A stretch of DNA of 63,189 nucleotides from a virus (taxonomy: Duplodnaviria; Caudoviricetes). Shown one piece after another: positions 46,462 through 56,019 of this stretch; positions within the stretch are counted from its first letter, which is position 1; every line of letters begins with the position of its first letter. A model generated the notes under the pieces. The model did not search any database and was not told where the DNA came from. It saw nothing but the letters and a program-made list of their open reading frames with translations. The stretch spans positions 1 through 63,189 of IMG/VR virus record IMGVR_UViG_3300042923_000815; one strand, given 5' to 3'. The translations under genes and the position numbers were made by a program.

Positions 46462-48613
46462 GATTGCTTAATTCTTCAGTAAAAGTATTAATCTTATTAG
46501 CTCCACCGCCAAGGTCACATATATTCCAACCATCTGCCACAAAATCAAATGCTATGGCTCCGGCTAAGATAATGTTATCCAGTTTGTCTTTTACTTTGGC
46601 CAGCCCATCAACCGCTAACTGGAAATTCACTTTATCCAGGTGATTCATATCATCAATTACTAATATTCTAAGTTTCGGCTGCGCCCGATCAATAATGACT
46701 AACATGAGAGCTGCCAGAAATATAGTCTGCTGTCCGGTGGAAAGTGCATCAAAATTAACATAGTGACCTTTTTCATTGATCCAACCGAATTGGAATATTT
46801 CTTTACCAGTATCGCTTTCAGTTTGAAAGAATGGTTCTTGATCAAATCCCATTAGTTTTAAATAGCTTCCTAAGTTCTGACGAATCGGTTCTAACAAGCT
46901 CTTAACAATTTCCCCTTGTATACCCTTGGCGCCTAATTTTTCAGAAATAGACTTCAAGCAGATGCTTTTGTATTCTGCTTTTTTATTTTCAAGGTTGGAT
47001 TGCTGCAATAAAAGTAATGATTGTTTCGCTTTGTCTTTAGCTGCGATTGTGGTGTTTAATTCTGCAATCTGGTTACGAACACCAACAGCAGTTTTTTCAA
47101 GAAATTCAATACCCGTTACAGCTTCAACAGGTTCATTGGTAAGGCGTTCTACTTCTTCCTGATACATTTTAAGTTTGTTGTCAGCATCTTTCACTTCTGA
47201 TTCTGCTGATGTTTTTTTACTAGTTAGAGAAGTAATGCTGGAATTGATAGTTGCATTCTTTTGATTTACTTCATTTTGCTGATTCATAAGTTTATTCATT
47301 TCAGCGGTTATACTAGTTTCTTCCGTTTCTAGGTCCGCAATTTTCTTGCTAAGTTTATCAATCTCAACTTGCATTTCTTTCTGCAACTTTTCTGCTTCTA
47401 ATTTCTTAGTATCAACAAAACCACCAAATCCAGAGAAATCCTTTGTGCAAGTTATCATTTTATGAACAATGCATTGACCAGCTAATTTGCCAGTACTCTT
47501 CAGCGCAGCTTCCAATGATGTTACAGTTGATTTAATATTGCTGATTTCGTTTTCCATGATACGCTTTGCTGATTCAGTAGCCTTAATATTCTTTCTTATC
47601 TCTGCTTGCTTGTCAGTGTAAGGTTTTAAATCAAGCGGTTTTAATTCGACTAATTGAACTTTAAGAGCATCAATTTGACTTACATAATCGGTTTTATCCG
47701 GTTCGAATGATTGTATTTTTTTGATCAGTTCCGCTAATTCAGCTAATCGATTTGTGCGCTTATCAATTGCCTTTTTCTTTTCAATATCAGCAGTAATTAG
47801 TTTCTCAGTCTGAATTAATTGGTCTTGTAATTTAGCAAGTTCTTCTTTCATTGCCGAAATGTTACGGTCCGTTTCTTGTAATTCATTTTTCATTTCACTG
47901 AGCTGCCGTACTGCTCCCTGAGAGTCTTTTTGCTTTTGGCTCCATAGTTTACTTTCACGATCCACCCAATCAAGCATACTTTGCAATCCATCTTGAATAC
48001 CGTATCCTTCCGGATACTCAGCTAATGCCGTGTTAATCAATTCATGCATGATAGAGTATTGATCATAATTATTTGTTTTTAAAGTTAAGGTTAATAGGTT
48101 ATCAGCTAGATAATCGCCTATTCTATTCCGATCCCATGCGTCTGATGTAATCGGCGATAAGCTATAAATGAAATCTCTACGTTTTGCATCAGACAGCGAA
48201 AGGAATTCATTAAAATCCAGTAGAACAGGAAAGTTCCCCACTTCCTCAACAATTCTTGCCTTACGTGCTGTATCGTTTGATTCACCTTTACCAGGTGAAA
48301 CTGTAATAGTTTCCTTAATCTTGATGGATGTTTCGCCTGTTTTGCTATTTAACTTTTCCTCTTTAATGAAAGACCGAATGAACTTGAATTTATCAGTACG
48401 CAGCCCTACGCTCATTTCATCACCAGTAGCCAATTTAAAAGTCTCTGCAGTTGTTTTACCGTTCTTTGGAACATAACCTAATAGCGATAATCCCAAGGCT
48501 TGATTACGGGTTGTTTTCCCTATGCCGTTACGACCTGTAAATATATCCATACCAGTAAGGGGTTGAATGTCAGTCTGTCCTTTAAAGTTTTTAAACTCAA
48601 TTGCAGTTATCAT
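46430..48613 (-). CDS. SMC/SbcC-like ABC ATPase
   Basis: GRNGIGKT, long coiled coils with central Cys residues, LSTGQ signature, LVIDD. Confidence 0.88.
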   Translation of the reverse strand: MITAIEFKNFKGQTDIQPLTGMDIFTGRNGIGKTTRNQALGLSLLGYVPKNGKTTAETFKLATGDEMSVGLRTDKFKFIRSFIKEEKLNSKTGETSIKIKETITVSPGKGESNDTARKARIVEEVGNFPVLLDFNEFLSLSDAKRRDFIYSLSPITSDAWDRNRIGDYLADNLLTLTLKTNNYDQYSIMHELINTALAEYPEGYGIQDGLQSMLDWVDRESKLWSQKQKDSQGAVRQLSEMKNELQETDRNISAMKEELAKLQDQLIQTEKLITADIEKKKAIDKRTNRLAELAELIKKIQSFEPDKTDYVSQIDALKVQLVELKPLDLKPYTDKQAEIRKNIKATESAKRIMENEISNIKSTVTSLEAALKSTGKLAGQCIVHKMITCTKDFSGFGGFVDTKKLEAEKLQKEMQVEIDKLSKKIADLETEETSITAEMNKLMNQQNEVNQKNATINSSITSLTSKKTSAESEVKDADNKLKMYQEEVERLTNEPVEAVTGIEFLEKTAVGVRNQIAELNTTIAAKDKAKQSLLLLQQSNLENKKAEYKSICLKSISEKLGAKGIQGEIVKSLLEPIRQNLGSYLKLMGFDQEPFFQTESDTGKEIFQFGWINEKGHYVNFDALSTGQQTIFLAALMLVIIDRAQPKLRILVIDDMNHLDKVNFQLAVDGLAKVKDKLDNIILAGAIAFDFVADGWNICDLGGGANKINTFTEELSNLVNSEVLIGA

Positions 48614-48614
48614 A

Positions 48615-49604
48615 TTAGAAAGTACCTCCTAAACTTGTTTGAACTGTAGGTTCATGGCTACCTTGAATTTGCTTTTCTTCATCATCAGCATCTACGGTCA
48701 TATCATCCAAACTAGCAACGCCTGTAGTTTCAATCACTTCTGCTTTAGCTCCATCAATTACAAGTTCCTCGCCTCGTTCAGCTTGAGCAGCAATATCTAA
48801 TAATTGTTTTTGTGAGAAATCAGGAACGAACCCTACCATTGTTACTTGTGCTCTATGTGCCTTATCATCACCGATAGCATTTACATAGGCGATATGAGCC
48901 ATGGCAGGATGCTTTTGTAAGGCAACCCGTTCCGCGATTGTCTGAGCGTTTCGTTCGGCAAACTGTTTTTTATTTACCAATGTATCAATGCATTTGATAA
49001 TTTCTTTATGGCTAAAATTAGCCCACACTCCCAATATCCCATCAATTTTATAAAACATTCCTGTTTTGCGTTCATCATCTGTGATCATATTTTCCATACA
49101 AATACGTCCAGCGCCAGCATTAAACTGCACTTTTTTAATTAAATCTTGGATGAAGTACATATTCATGTCATAAAGAAGAGTCGCGCTTGTTACTACCATC
49201 ACACCCGTAGGGCTATATCCAATTGCAAGCTTCTTAACCCATATCTTACGGATCGTTCCACTTTCGGTATCGATTATGGGGAATGGGTTTACTACAACTT
49301 GTCCATCGGGCAGAGTTAGCTTTTCAGGAGTGATAATTGACAGACCGACTATTTTATTAGCATGATAAAACCCCTTGGCAGTAACCATTGTTTTACCTTG
49401 GATATGAGCTAATTCACCGTTTTTTTCTTCCAATACTACAGGAGCCTTAACTGATCTTACTTGGCCGTGTTCTGTTCTCCTTACAAATACTTCACCGTCG
49501 CCTAGATACGAAATGCTATTTTTCTTCAACAGTTCCAATTGTTTTTCAAGCGGCAATTCATTTACTGCCGGCAATTTGTTTTCAGGTGTTACCAATTTGA
49601 TCAT
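48615..49604 (-). CDS. Hypothetical protein in the position usually held by a recombinase
   Basis: 329-aa ORF immediately upstream of the SMC ATPase. Acidic tail. Confidence 0.6.
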   Translation of the reverse strand: MIKLVTPENKLPAVNELPLEKQLELLKKNSISYLGDGEVFVRRTEHGQVRSVKAPVVLEEKNGELAHIQGKTMVTAKGFYHANKIVGLSIITPEKLTLPDGQVVVNPFPIIDTESGTIRKIWVKKLAIGYSPTGVMVVTSATLLYDMNMYFIQDLIKKVQFNAGAGRICMENMITDDERKTGMFYKIDGILGVWANFSHKEIIKCIDTLVNKKQFAERNAQTIAERVALQKHPAMAHIAYVNAIGDDKAHRAQVTMVGFVPDFSQKQLLDIAAQAERGEELVIDGAKAEVIETTGVASLDDMTVDADDEEKQIQGSHEPTVQTSLGGTF

Positions 49605-49765
49605 CCTCCATGTTTATCTATACTTTAACCATTCATTCGCTTCCGCACATTTTTGTTCAGGGCATGTATTAATTTGATCGCATTCCATGCAGCATTTTTT
49701 GACTGGATCATTTTTTGGTATGGTTTTACAGGGGTAATATTTTTCATGAAACATATGTACCTCCT

Positions 49766-49969
49766 TCATAATGCAAACCGATTAGCAATTTCATTTATCC
49801 TGGGCAATTTTTTATCTCGCAAAGGATTGAGTTTTTTATTGATCTGGGTATGACAAAGCCGATCATCATAACATGTAGGTACTGGAATAGTTTTATGAGG
49901 TAATACGGTCCATGTTAATGGATCTCCGCGATTAATGGTCTTTCCACATCGGGCGCAGTACATTTGCAC
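49766..49969 (-). CDS. Small Cys-rich protein
   Basis: YCARCGK...C...C. Confidence 0.55.
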   Translation of the reverse strand: MQMYCARCGKTINRGDPLTWTVLPHKTIPVPTCYDDRLCHTQINKKLNPLRDKKLPRINEIANRFAL

Positions 49970-50103
49970 TCACCACCTTCTAGACGCTGAATTAATTCTT
50001 GCATAATGTCATCAGTGATATGTTCCCGGATATGTGGAAATCTCGTATTGAAATCTGCATCACAAATTACGGCCATTGCGTTTGATAGTGCAAATAAATC
50101 CAT
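49915..50103 (-). CDS. Hypothetical protein
   Basis: ATG at 50103 with GGAGG. Confidence 0.5.
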   Translation of the reverse strand: MDLFALSNAMAVICDADFNTRFPHIREHITDDIMQELIQRLEGGECKCTAPDVERPLIAEIH

Positions 50104-50300
50104 AAAAGTACCTCCCTTTAAATTTCTATTTCCGCAGCGCATGATCTAAGAACATTTTGAAACTAGGATCGTTTTTCTTACCTTTAGGTTTATAATTTTC
50201 CAAGTTCTTTTTAAAATTAGCATTCGTTCCTACATTAAATACCGCGATTACTTTTGACATAAATCTACCTCCGTAGTACAATAATAGTAATCAAATTTTC

Positions 50301-50618
50301 TTAGTTCCCAATCGTCTGCATTTGCCGTGCAGGCGATTTTATTTGTCTAAATTTAGCTATCTCTAATTCAACTCTTTTCATAATTAGCTCGGGCATATCC
50401 AACGCTTCTGCCATTGCCACTGTGGATTCTATCTTCGGAAGACCTTTGCCTGACAGCCACTTTTGCAACGATCTCGGGCTAAAGACTTCCCGCCCATCTG
50501 CAGATAGCACATTGGATTGCACATATAACATGGTCGGTGTCCATTGTTTTTCGCCCAAGCACTGGTTTAAATTAGATGCGAAATTTTGTTCGTCAGTAAC
50601 TGCAGCACTTTTGTGCAC
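50301..50618 (-). CDS. HTH DNA-binding protein
   Basis: SPRSLQKWLSGKGLP...MAEAL. Confidence 0.65.
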   Translation of the reverse strand: MHKSAAVTDEQNFASNLNQCLGEKQWTPTMLYVQSNVLSADGREVFSPRSLQKWLSGKGLPKIESTVAMAEALDMPELIMKRVELEIAKFRQIKSPARQMQTIGN

Positions 50619-50714
50619 CTCTTATTCCTCCTTTCACGCTATAATAAGCACAAGAGGTTAACACACACGCCTCTTACCCCACATTTAGCCTGTCCTGCAA
50701 GACAGGTTCTTTTT

Positions 50715-50849
50715 TTACCATTTACCAGGAATGATAATCACTACACCTATTAAAGCTGCTCCAAACAACACGCAACCTATAATTGCCTTTAATTTAGCTG
50801 CTTGTCGCGCACTCCGTTGTGTATACGTATCAAACAGGAACTTGTCCAA
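50715..50849 (-). CDS. 44-aa single-TM protein
   Basis: Translated by hand: MDKFLFDTYTQRSARQAAKLKAIIGCVLFGAALIGVVIIIPGKW. AGGTG RBS. Confidence 0.45.
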   Translation of the reverse strand: MDKFLFDTYTQRSARQAAKLKAIIGCVLFGAALIGVVIIIPGKW

Positions 50850-50888
50850 CCCATTTCACCTGCCTGTACATTATTTATGCAAGCCAGA

Positions 50889-51023
50889 TTAACTGGCTCT
50901 ATCCTTTTTCCGCTTGTTAATGTTGATTGCAATTTGTACCACCGTCTTATACCCTGCTGCTTTTTTAACTAAGTCTTCTCCCTCAGAATAACTGACGATT
51001 ACGTTGTACTGTTGTTTTGCCAT
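50889..51023 (-). CDS. 44-aa basic protein
   Basis: MAKQQYNVIVSYSEGEDLVKKAAGY..., with GGGAGGGG RBS. Confidence 0.5.
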   Translation of the reverse strand: MAKQQYNVIVSYSEGEDLVKKAAGYKTVVQIAININKRKKDRAS

Positions 51024-51070
51024 CATCACCCCTCCCATATAAGGTATGACTGGTGTTTTGTCCAAGATTA

Positions 51071-51817
51071 CTAGATTGCTACCTGTTTATTTAGTAGCTT
51101 ATTTACGAAGTATATTTGTCCAATACCAGTCACTTTTGGAGTCCGACTAATATGTATCTGTCCGCTAGATCGATGAATTACCGTTTTTTTGATCTCAAAC
51201 AATCCTAAGTCCATTGATTTTTGAGTCGGAAGATTGTAGTTATCACCAAACTTCTTACCTAAGTATCCTTGCTCACGCAGCCATCCGAAGAATCGATTCT
51301 GTCCTATGTCTACACCTTTCTGCCTTATGATCTTTGCCATTTCGCCGATTAGGATTGAATTTTCACTTGTTGATACTGCCTCGGCGAATAGAACCTTTGG
51401 TTTATCCATAGTGATTTGCGATTGCAGTTCGATGACTTTCTTTTCAGATTCTATGGCCAGTTCTAATATTTCTAATCTAGATAGTTCCTGTGGATGTTTC
51501 ACTGAATATGTTCCTGTTTTACGAATTGCCGGAAGAATTTCATCAGCTACTTTAATCTGAAATTCTTCTGCAGTTTGGTTTTGAGCTTTCATAGCTAACC
51601 GGTAAAAAATGTTTTCGGGAATAAATTCTTTCTCAACAAGTTGGGAAACACCAAAATCGTTTAAATAACCGTTGACCGTTGACCATCTAACATATTCGGT
51701 TCCGTTTTTTATCTGGACAAATCCTAATCCCCTAGAGATATCTTCTTTATTAAGTTGCGCTGTACCATTTTCATCAATAAAACCTCTTACATTTGCGATT
51801 GTGATTAATGAACTCAC
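51071..51817 (-). CDS. Phage antirepressor (BRO-N-like plus KilAC/ANT domain)
   Basis: FIPENIFYRLAMKA..EILPAIRKTG, KPKVLFAEAV, GQNR, TPKVTGIGQIYF. Confidence 0.92.
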   Translation of the reverse strand: MSSLITIANVRGFIDENGTAQLNKEDISRGLGFVQIKNGTEYVRWSTVNGYLNDFGVSQLVEKEFIPENIFYRLAMKAQNQTAEEFQIKVADEILPAIRKTGTYSVKHPQELSRLEILELAIESEKKVIELQSQITMDKPKVLFAEAVSTSENSILIGEMAKIIRQKGVDIGQNRFFGWLREQGYLGKKFGDNYNLPTQKSMDLGLFEIKKTVIHRSSGQIHISRTPKVTGIGQIYFVNKLLNKQVAI

Positions 51818-51843
51818 ACAATCCCCTTCCTTTTTTTATTTTT

Positions 51844-52116
51844 TTAGCCAGTCTTACATAAAGTTGCAGCTTGATCATCTTCATCTTGGTTTACTTTAGA
51901 TTTTAACTTCAATTTGTAGTTGAAATTATTAAAAAAAATAACTTCCATCGGTACATCAAAATCAAATTCCATTTTAAGCATTGTTTCATGGTCTGGTAAG
52001 GTACGTCCGACTTCCCAAGAGCTCCAAGTTTGTTGACTCACGTTAAATCTATTTGACATTTCAGTTTGCGTCCTGCTACCGCGAAGTATTTCTAATAAAT
52101 TAGTTCTCAAAATCAC
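51844..52116 (-). CDS. Cro-like HTH regulator
   Basis: TQTEMS..VSQQTWSSWEVGRTLP. Divergent from cI. Confidence 0.85.
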   Translation of the reverse strand: MILRTNLLEILRGSRTQTEMSNRFNVSQQTWSSWEVGRTLPDHETMLKMEFDFDVPMEVIFFNNFNYKLKLKSKVNQDEDDQAATLCKTG

Positions 52117-52124
52117 ACCCCCTT

Positions 52125-52238
52125 ACTACATTATGTGGTTTATCTTGTCTTAATAATACTACTACATTTTGTGGTTGTCAATAGTTTGTACTAAGTTTTG
52201 TGGTAAAAATTTGATTTAACTACGAAGCGTTGTAAAAT
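52125..52238. promoter_or_regulatory. Lysis/lysogeny switch: four 15-bp operators and divergent promoters
   Basis: ACTACATTATGTGGT at 52125, ACTACATTTTGTGGT at 52161, ACTAAGTTTTGTGGT at 52190, ACTACGAAGCGTTGT at 52219. Minus-strand TTGACA-N17-TATTAT at 52181-52153. Confidence 0.85.
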
Positions 52239-52256
52239 ATGGTTAGAGGTGAAAAA

Positions 52257-52703
52257 ATGCTACATGAAAGAATAAAAAAAGAGAGAGAAAAAAAGAATAT
52301 ATCTCAATCTAAATTAGGTAAAATTATAGGAGTTTCGCAACAGACTATAGGTAGTTGGGAAGTGGGGAGAACTGCTCCAGCTCAAGAAATGATTTCTAGT
52401 CTTGCAGTATTTTTTGGTGTTACTACAGATTATCTTTACGGTTTAACAGATGTCCGTATTTCAACTGCACCTGTTGATTATGCAAAACAAGCAAAAAAAT
52501 TACTTCCAAAAGTCATGGAAGCATATGAAACCATGGAAATGAACTCCCAAGAGAAAAAAGCATATGAATATTTAAAGAACATGCCAAAAGACGAAGCAGA
52601 AGAAGAATTGCAACGACTAATAGATAAAATAAAAGACCTTTCACACGAACAGCGAAAGGCCATCGAAGCACTTATTGATTCTCTCTTTCCATCTTTAAAA
52701 TAA
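52257..52703 (+). CDS. CI-like repressor (XRE HTH, no peptidase domain)
   Basis: SQSKLGKIIGVSQQTIGSWEVGRTAP...FGVTTDYL. Confidence 0.88.
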   Translation: MLHERIKKEREKKNISQSKLGKIIGVSQQTIGSWEVGRTAPAQEMISSLAVFFGVTTDYLYGLTDVRISTAPVDYAKQAKKLLPKVMEAYETMEMNSQEKKAYEYLKNMPKDEAEEELQRLIDKIKDLSHEQRKAIEALIDSLFPSLK

Positions 52704-52854
52704 TTTCATGTAAAAATTGTCTAGCTAACGACTCGATGTCAAATATTTCCTTGCAAGCTATTTGGGTTACTTTTTGTTCCAAATCTGTATTATTTACCTT
52801 TACATATAAATCACAGCATTTATTACTTCTAGGCATTGCAAGAACCTCCCCCAT
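52672..52854 (-). CDS. Hypothetical small protein
   Basis: GGAGG before the internal ATG (MPRSN). Confidence 0.35.
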   Translation of the reverse strand: MGEVLAMPRSNKCCDLYVKVNNTDLEQKVTQIACKEIFDIESLARQFLHEIILKMERENQ

Positions 52855-52994
52855 ATTCTCTCCATATCAAGTACATATAATAATTAAACTATAATTTCTC
52901 ATAATATTCTGTTTTTCGACAAACTAAATAAAAAAACCAGTCCAAACGGACTGGCTATTGTGAAAAATATATGTACATAATATTAATCTCCTTT

Positions 52995-53324
52995 CTATGG
53001 TATTTTCATTGTATTGATAGATTTGATCGTGCACCACTGCATCTGCCAATCCCACCAGGCACATTTTTGCCTGCAACATAAAAACTGTTTATCCCTGCCG
53101 GCACTGAGCAAAGGGCAAATTACTTCCATTACGCTGCCAAGATCGATATAAAGATCATCTACCGATTTTTTTAACAGAATCGCAATAATCTCCATTTCAT
53201 CAGCATGTATAAAAGATTGTCCGTTAATAATCTCAGATGCTCTTTTACTACTCATTCTTAATCCAGCTTCTTCGCAGGCCTTGATTAACGCTTTTGGCTT
53301 TAATCCCATATCCCTAAGTCGCAT
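52995..53324 (-). CDS. HTH plus Cys-rich protein
   Basis: SEIING..IAILLKKSVDDLY, then CPLL..CC...CAWW. Confidence 0.65.
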   Translation of the reverse strand: MRLRDMGLKPKALIKACEEAGLRMSSKRASEIINGQSFIHADEMEIIAILLKKSVDDLYIDLGSVMEVICPLLSAGRDKQFLCCRQKCAWWDWQMQWCTIKSINTMKIP

Positions 53325-53514
53325 TCATCCGCCCTCCTGGTAATTGTTGCAGTTAGTATTTACAAAGCAACGCTATTTTACCAAGACGGATATATCACCT
53401 TCTTAAAAGTATTTTAACTAAATCTATATTTGGGAGAATTAATTTTTTACCTGCTACTCATCCATATGTATTTTGTATACAATTTTTAAAAAATATAAAA
53501 AAGGAGCGCTTTTA

Positions 53515-54111
53515 ATGAAGAAAATATTTTTTACATCATTATTATTTTCGTTATTGTTTATGTATAATAGTGCATATGCTTTTCAAAACGAACCAGATGG
53601 ATTTAGAGGAATAGCGTGGGAAAGTGTATTAACCCAATATACTAAGCCAAGTCAAGGATATTACGTTAATATAAATTCACTGCAGGCAAAGCAACAGTAC
53701 CCTGAAATATTATTTTATAATCCTTCAGATACCTTGCAACTCGGAGAATCGAAAGTCACATCATTAACATATTATAGTTATCAAAAAAACGAACGAACTC
53801 CCCCTGTATTTTCAAAAGTGAATTTATATTTTGAAGGGGAAAACAATGTAAAAATTTTAGAATCATTTTTACTAGAGACATTTGGAAAACCTACAGAAAA
53901 TAATACATTTATCAAAGATAATAATAATTTAGGAACATGGGAACTTATGTTTTGGAAAGGAAATAATACGATGCTAGAATTTTCGGTATTACGTCCTGGA
54001 GAAAACACTAATTATTATGCAACATTATGGATAATGAGCACAAAATTATTTGATGAAATAGAAAGCAAAAGACCACAAGCAAAACCAATTATATCTAATA
54101 ATGGTTTTTAA
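53515..54111 (+). CDS. Secreted protein (superinfection-exclusion position)
   Basis: Signal peptide MKKIFF...AYA. Lies between cI and the integrase. Confidence 0.7.
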   Translation: MKKIFFTSLLFSLLFMYNSAYAFQNEPDGFRGIAWESVLTQYTKPSQGYYVNINSLQAKQQYPEILFYNPSDTLQLGESKVTSLTYYSYQKNERTPPVFSKVNLYFEGENNVKILESFLLETFGKPTENNTFIKDNNNLGTWELMFWKGNNTMLEFSVLRPGENTNYYATLWIMSTKLFDEIESKRPQAKPIISNNGF

Positions 54112-54301
54112 GATTAAAATGGACATTGTGTATATTTTTGGTATATATTAGTATTCAAAAGGGGGAATATCTCTGGATGCTAATATAGAGCAAAACCAAA
54201 CCATACTCATTAAATATAAAAAGCATATTATTTATGGTTCCATTGCGGTAAAGCTTCAGATGGTATCATACTTAAAAGATAAAATTAATTCATATTGCGA
54301 G

Positions 54302-54330
54302 TAAATCCCCCTTATAAAGGGGATTTATTT
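54302..54330 (+). terminator. Hairpin / terminator upstream of the integrase
   Basis: TAAATCCCC...GGGGATTTA followed by TTTT. Confidence 0.55.
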
Positions 54331-54360
54331 TTACCTACTACACTATCAGGAGGAATCAAC

Positions 54361-55824
54361 ATGATAAGAGCAGCCGGTTACATCCGAGTAAGCACAGACG
54401 AACAAGCAGAACACGGGGTATCGCTCCCCTCTCAAAAATCCAGGATAATCGCTTACTGTCAATCTCAAGGCTGGAGCTTACATGATTTATATGTAGATGA
54501 TGGATACAGCGGTAAAAATCTAACCCGTCCAGCAATGTCTAAACTAATAGATGATGCAAAAGAACATAAAATAGATGCAGTGATAGTTATCAAGTTAGAT
54601 CGTCTATCCAGAAGACAAAAAGATGTTCTCTATCTTCTAGAAGATGTTTTTGAACCTAATCAAGTTGGTTTTAAGTCTGTAAGCGAGCCATTTGACACTA
54701 CAACGCCTTTTGGCAAGGCAGCCATAGGAATGATGGCGGTATTCGCTCAACTCGAAAGAGAGACGATTGTGGAGCGTGTGCGTGATGGCAAAAAAGAAGC
54801 TGCCAAACAAGGTAGATTTATGGGAGGGCCTATTGCACTTGGATATCAATTTAATAAAGACACTCATAAGTTAGAAATAGATGAACTGGGAGCTGAAACG
54901 ATTCGCTTTATCTTTAAAGAGTATCTTACTTGCGGCAAAGGATACCAATACATAGCTGATCAATTAAACGAGAAAGGTGTTCCTACATCTGGTAAATCTC
55001 CAGAATGGTCTAGAGGGGCAATTAAGTCAATTACTCGGAATGCTTTTTTTGCTGGTTTAGTAGAACATAAAGGTAAAATTAATAAAGGGCAACATCCTGC
55101 AATCATTAGCGAAGAAGACTACTATGCTGCGCAAAAGATAAAATCAGTTCGCAGTAGTTACAACCCTGAAAAACCGCGTGCTCTTTTAACTGGTATTATC
55201 TATTGCGGTGAATGTGGTGCCAGAATGAGGATGAAAAAAGTATTTATGAATCCACGAAAACCGACATATCCAAAGGTAGGATATTATTTATGCTATTCTC
55301 AAGATGGGGCGGCTAAATCCATGATAAGAAATATAGACTGTCGATCCGGACACAAACGCGCTCCCGAGCTAGAAGCTAAAATTGTAGAATATTTACATCA
55401 ATACAAGAAGAATCCTAAACTATTGAAAGAAACAATGGATAAGCTTTTAAGCACTAGTACGAATAAACACATTATTAAAGCACAATCACAGGCCATAAAA
55501 GAACTAGATGGAATCAAGAGGAAATTAGATAAATGGTATGATGCCTTTGAGAACAATATTATATCTGCCGATGATCTAGTTAGTCGAATAAAAGACCTTC
55601 GTGAGCAGCGAGTATATCTAGAAGGGAAAATCGTTGAATATGATGCTGAGATGAAAAGCAATATTGATAAAGCAGTAACCGCCAATGATATAATTGAAAC
55701 GTTGAAGAACTTTGATACTATATGGGAAAACGCAACTAATGAGGAACAACGTCAAATATTATTAAGCTTTGTTGATCGAGTTACAGTATATAAAAATAAT
55801 ACGATAGAAATTACTTTTGGGTAA
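54361..55824 (+). CDS. Large serine integrase
   Basis: YIRVST, DDGYSG, KLDRLSR, recombinase domain, CGECG Zn ribbon, coiled coil. Confidence 0.96.
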   Translation: MIRAAGYIRVSTDEQAEHGVSLPSQKSRIIAYCQSQGWSLHDLYVDDGYSGKNLTRPAMSKLIDDAKEHKIDAVIVIKLDRLSRRQKDVLYLLEDVFEPNQVGFKSVSEPFDTTTPFGKAAIGMMAVFAQLERETIVERVRDGKKEAAKQGRFMGGPIALGYQFNKDTHKLEIDELGAETIRFIFKEYLTCGKGYQYIADQLNEKGVPTSGKSPEWSRGAIKSITRNAFFAGLVEHKGKINKGQHPAIISEEDYYAAQKIKSVRSSYNPEKPRALLTGIIYCGECGARMRMKKVFMNPRKPTYPKVGYYLCYSQDGAAKSMIRNIDCRSGHKRAPELEAKIVEYLHQYKKNPKLLKETMDKLLSTSTNKHIIKAQSQAIKELDGIKRKLDKWYDAFENNIISADDLVSRIKDLREQRVYLEGKIVEYDAEMKSNIDKAVTANDIIETLKNFDTIWENATNEEQRQILLSFVDRVTVYKNNTIEITFG

Positions 55825-55827
55825 TTG

Positions 55828-55875
55828 CATATCTTTTTGTACACCATGCTACAGCGTAATATACAATATGATATG
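55828..55875. other. attP-like site
   Basis: Two 23-bp arms matching at 17 of 23 positions as an inverted repeat around a central AC (55851-55852). Starts 4 bp after the integrase stop. Confidence 0.7.
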
Positions 55876-55946
55876 ACAGAATAGTTTCCTTCATTAAATA
55901 TACAACTAGTGATTAAATAAAAAATACCAAGCAATTAAGCCTGGTT

Positions 55947-56002
55947 TTTTATTTACTTAGAATTTTATCATTTTTATTGCTATTTTATTTACTTAGAATT
56001 TT
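55947..56002 (+). repeat. 20-bp direct repeat
   Basis: TTTTATTTACTTAGAATTTT at 55947 and 55983. Confidence 0.6.
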
Positions 56003-56019
56003 TTAATTTTTTCCTAGCA

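Noticed and set aside
43911-48613. Gabija (ATPase plus UvrD) defence system
   Set aside because: The ATPase is a long coiled-coil SMC type with no TOPRIM domain, and the genes sit inside the early replication operon.
996-51899. Numerous plus-strand ORFs (for example 19975-20616, 32757-33392, 12149-12634, 15337-15771)
   Set aside because: They lie antisense to well-supported minus-strand phage genes, have Ser/Leu/Phe-rich shadow composition and show no motifs.
55947-56002. Mini CRISPR array
   Set aside because: Only two low-complexity 20-bp copies with a 16-bp spacer, and no cas genes.
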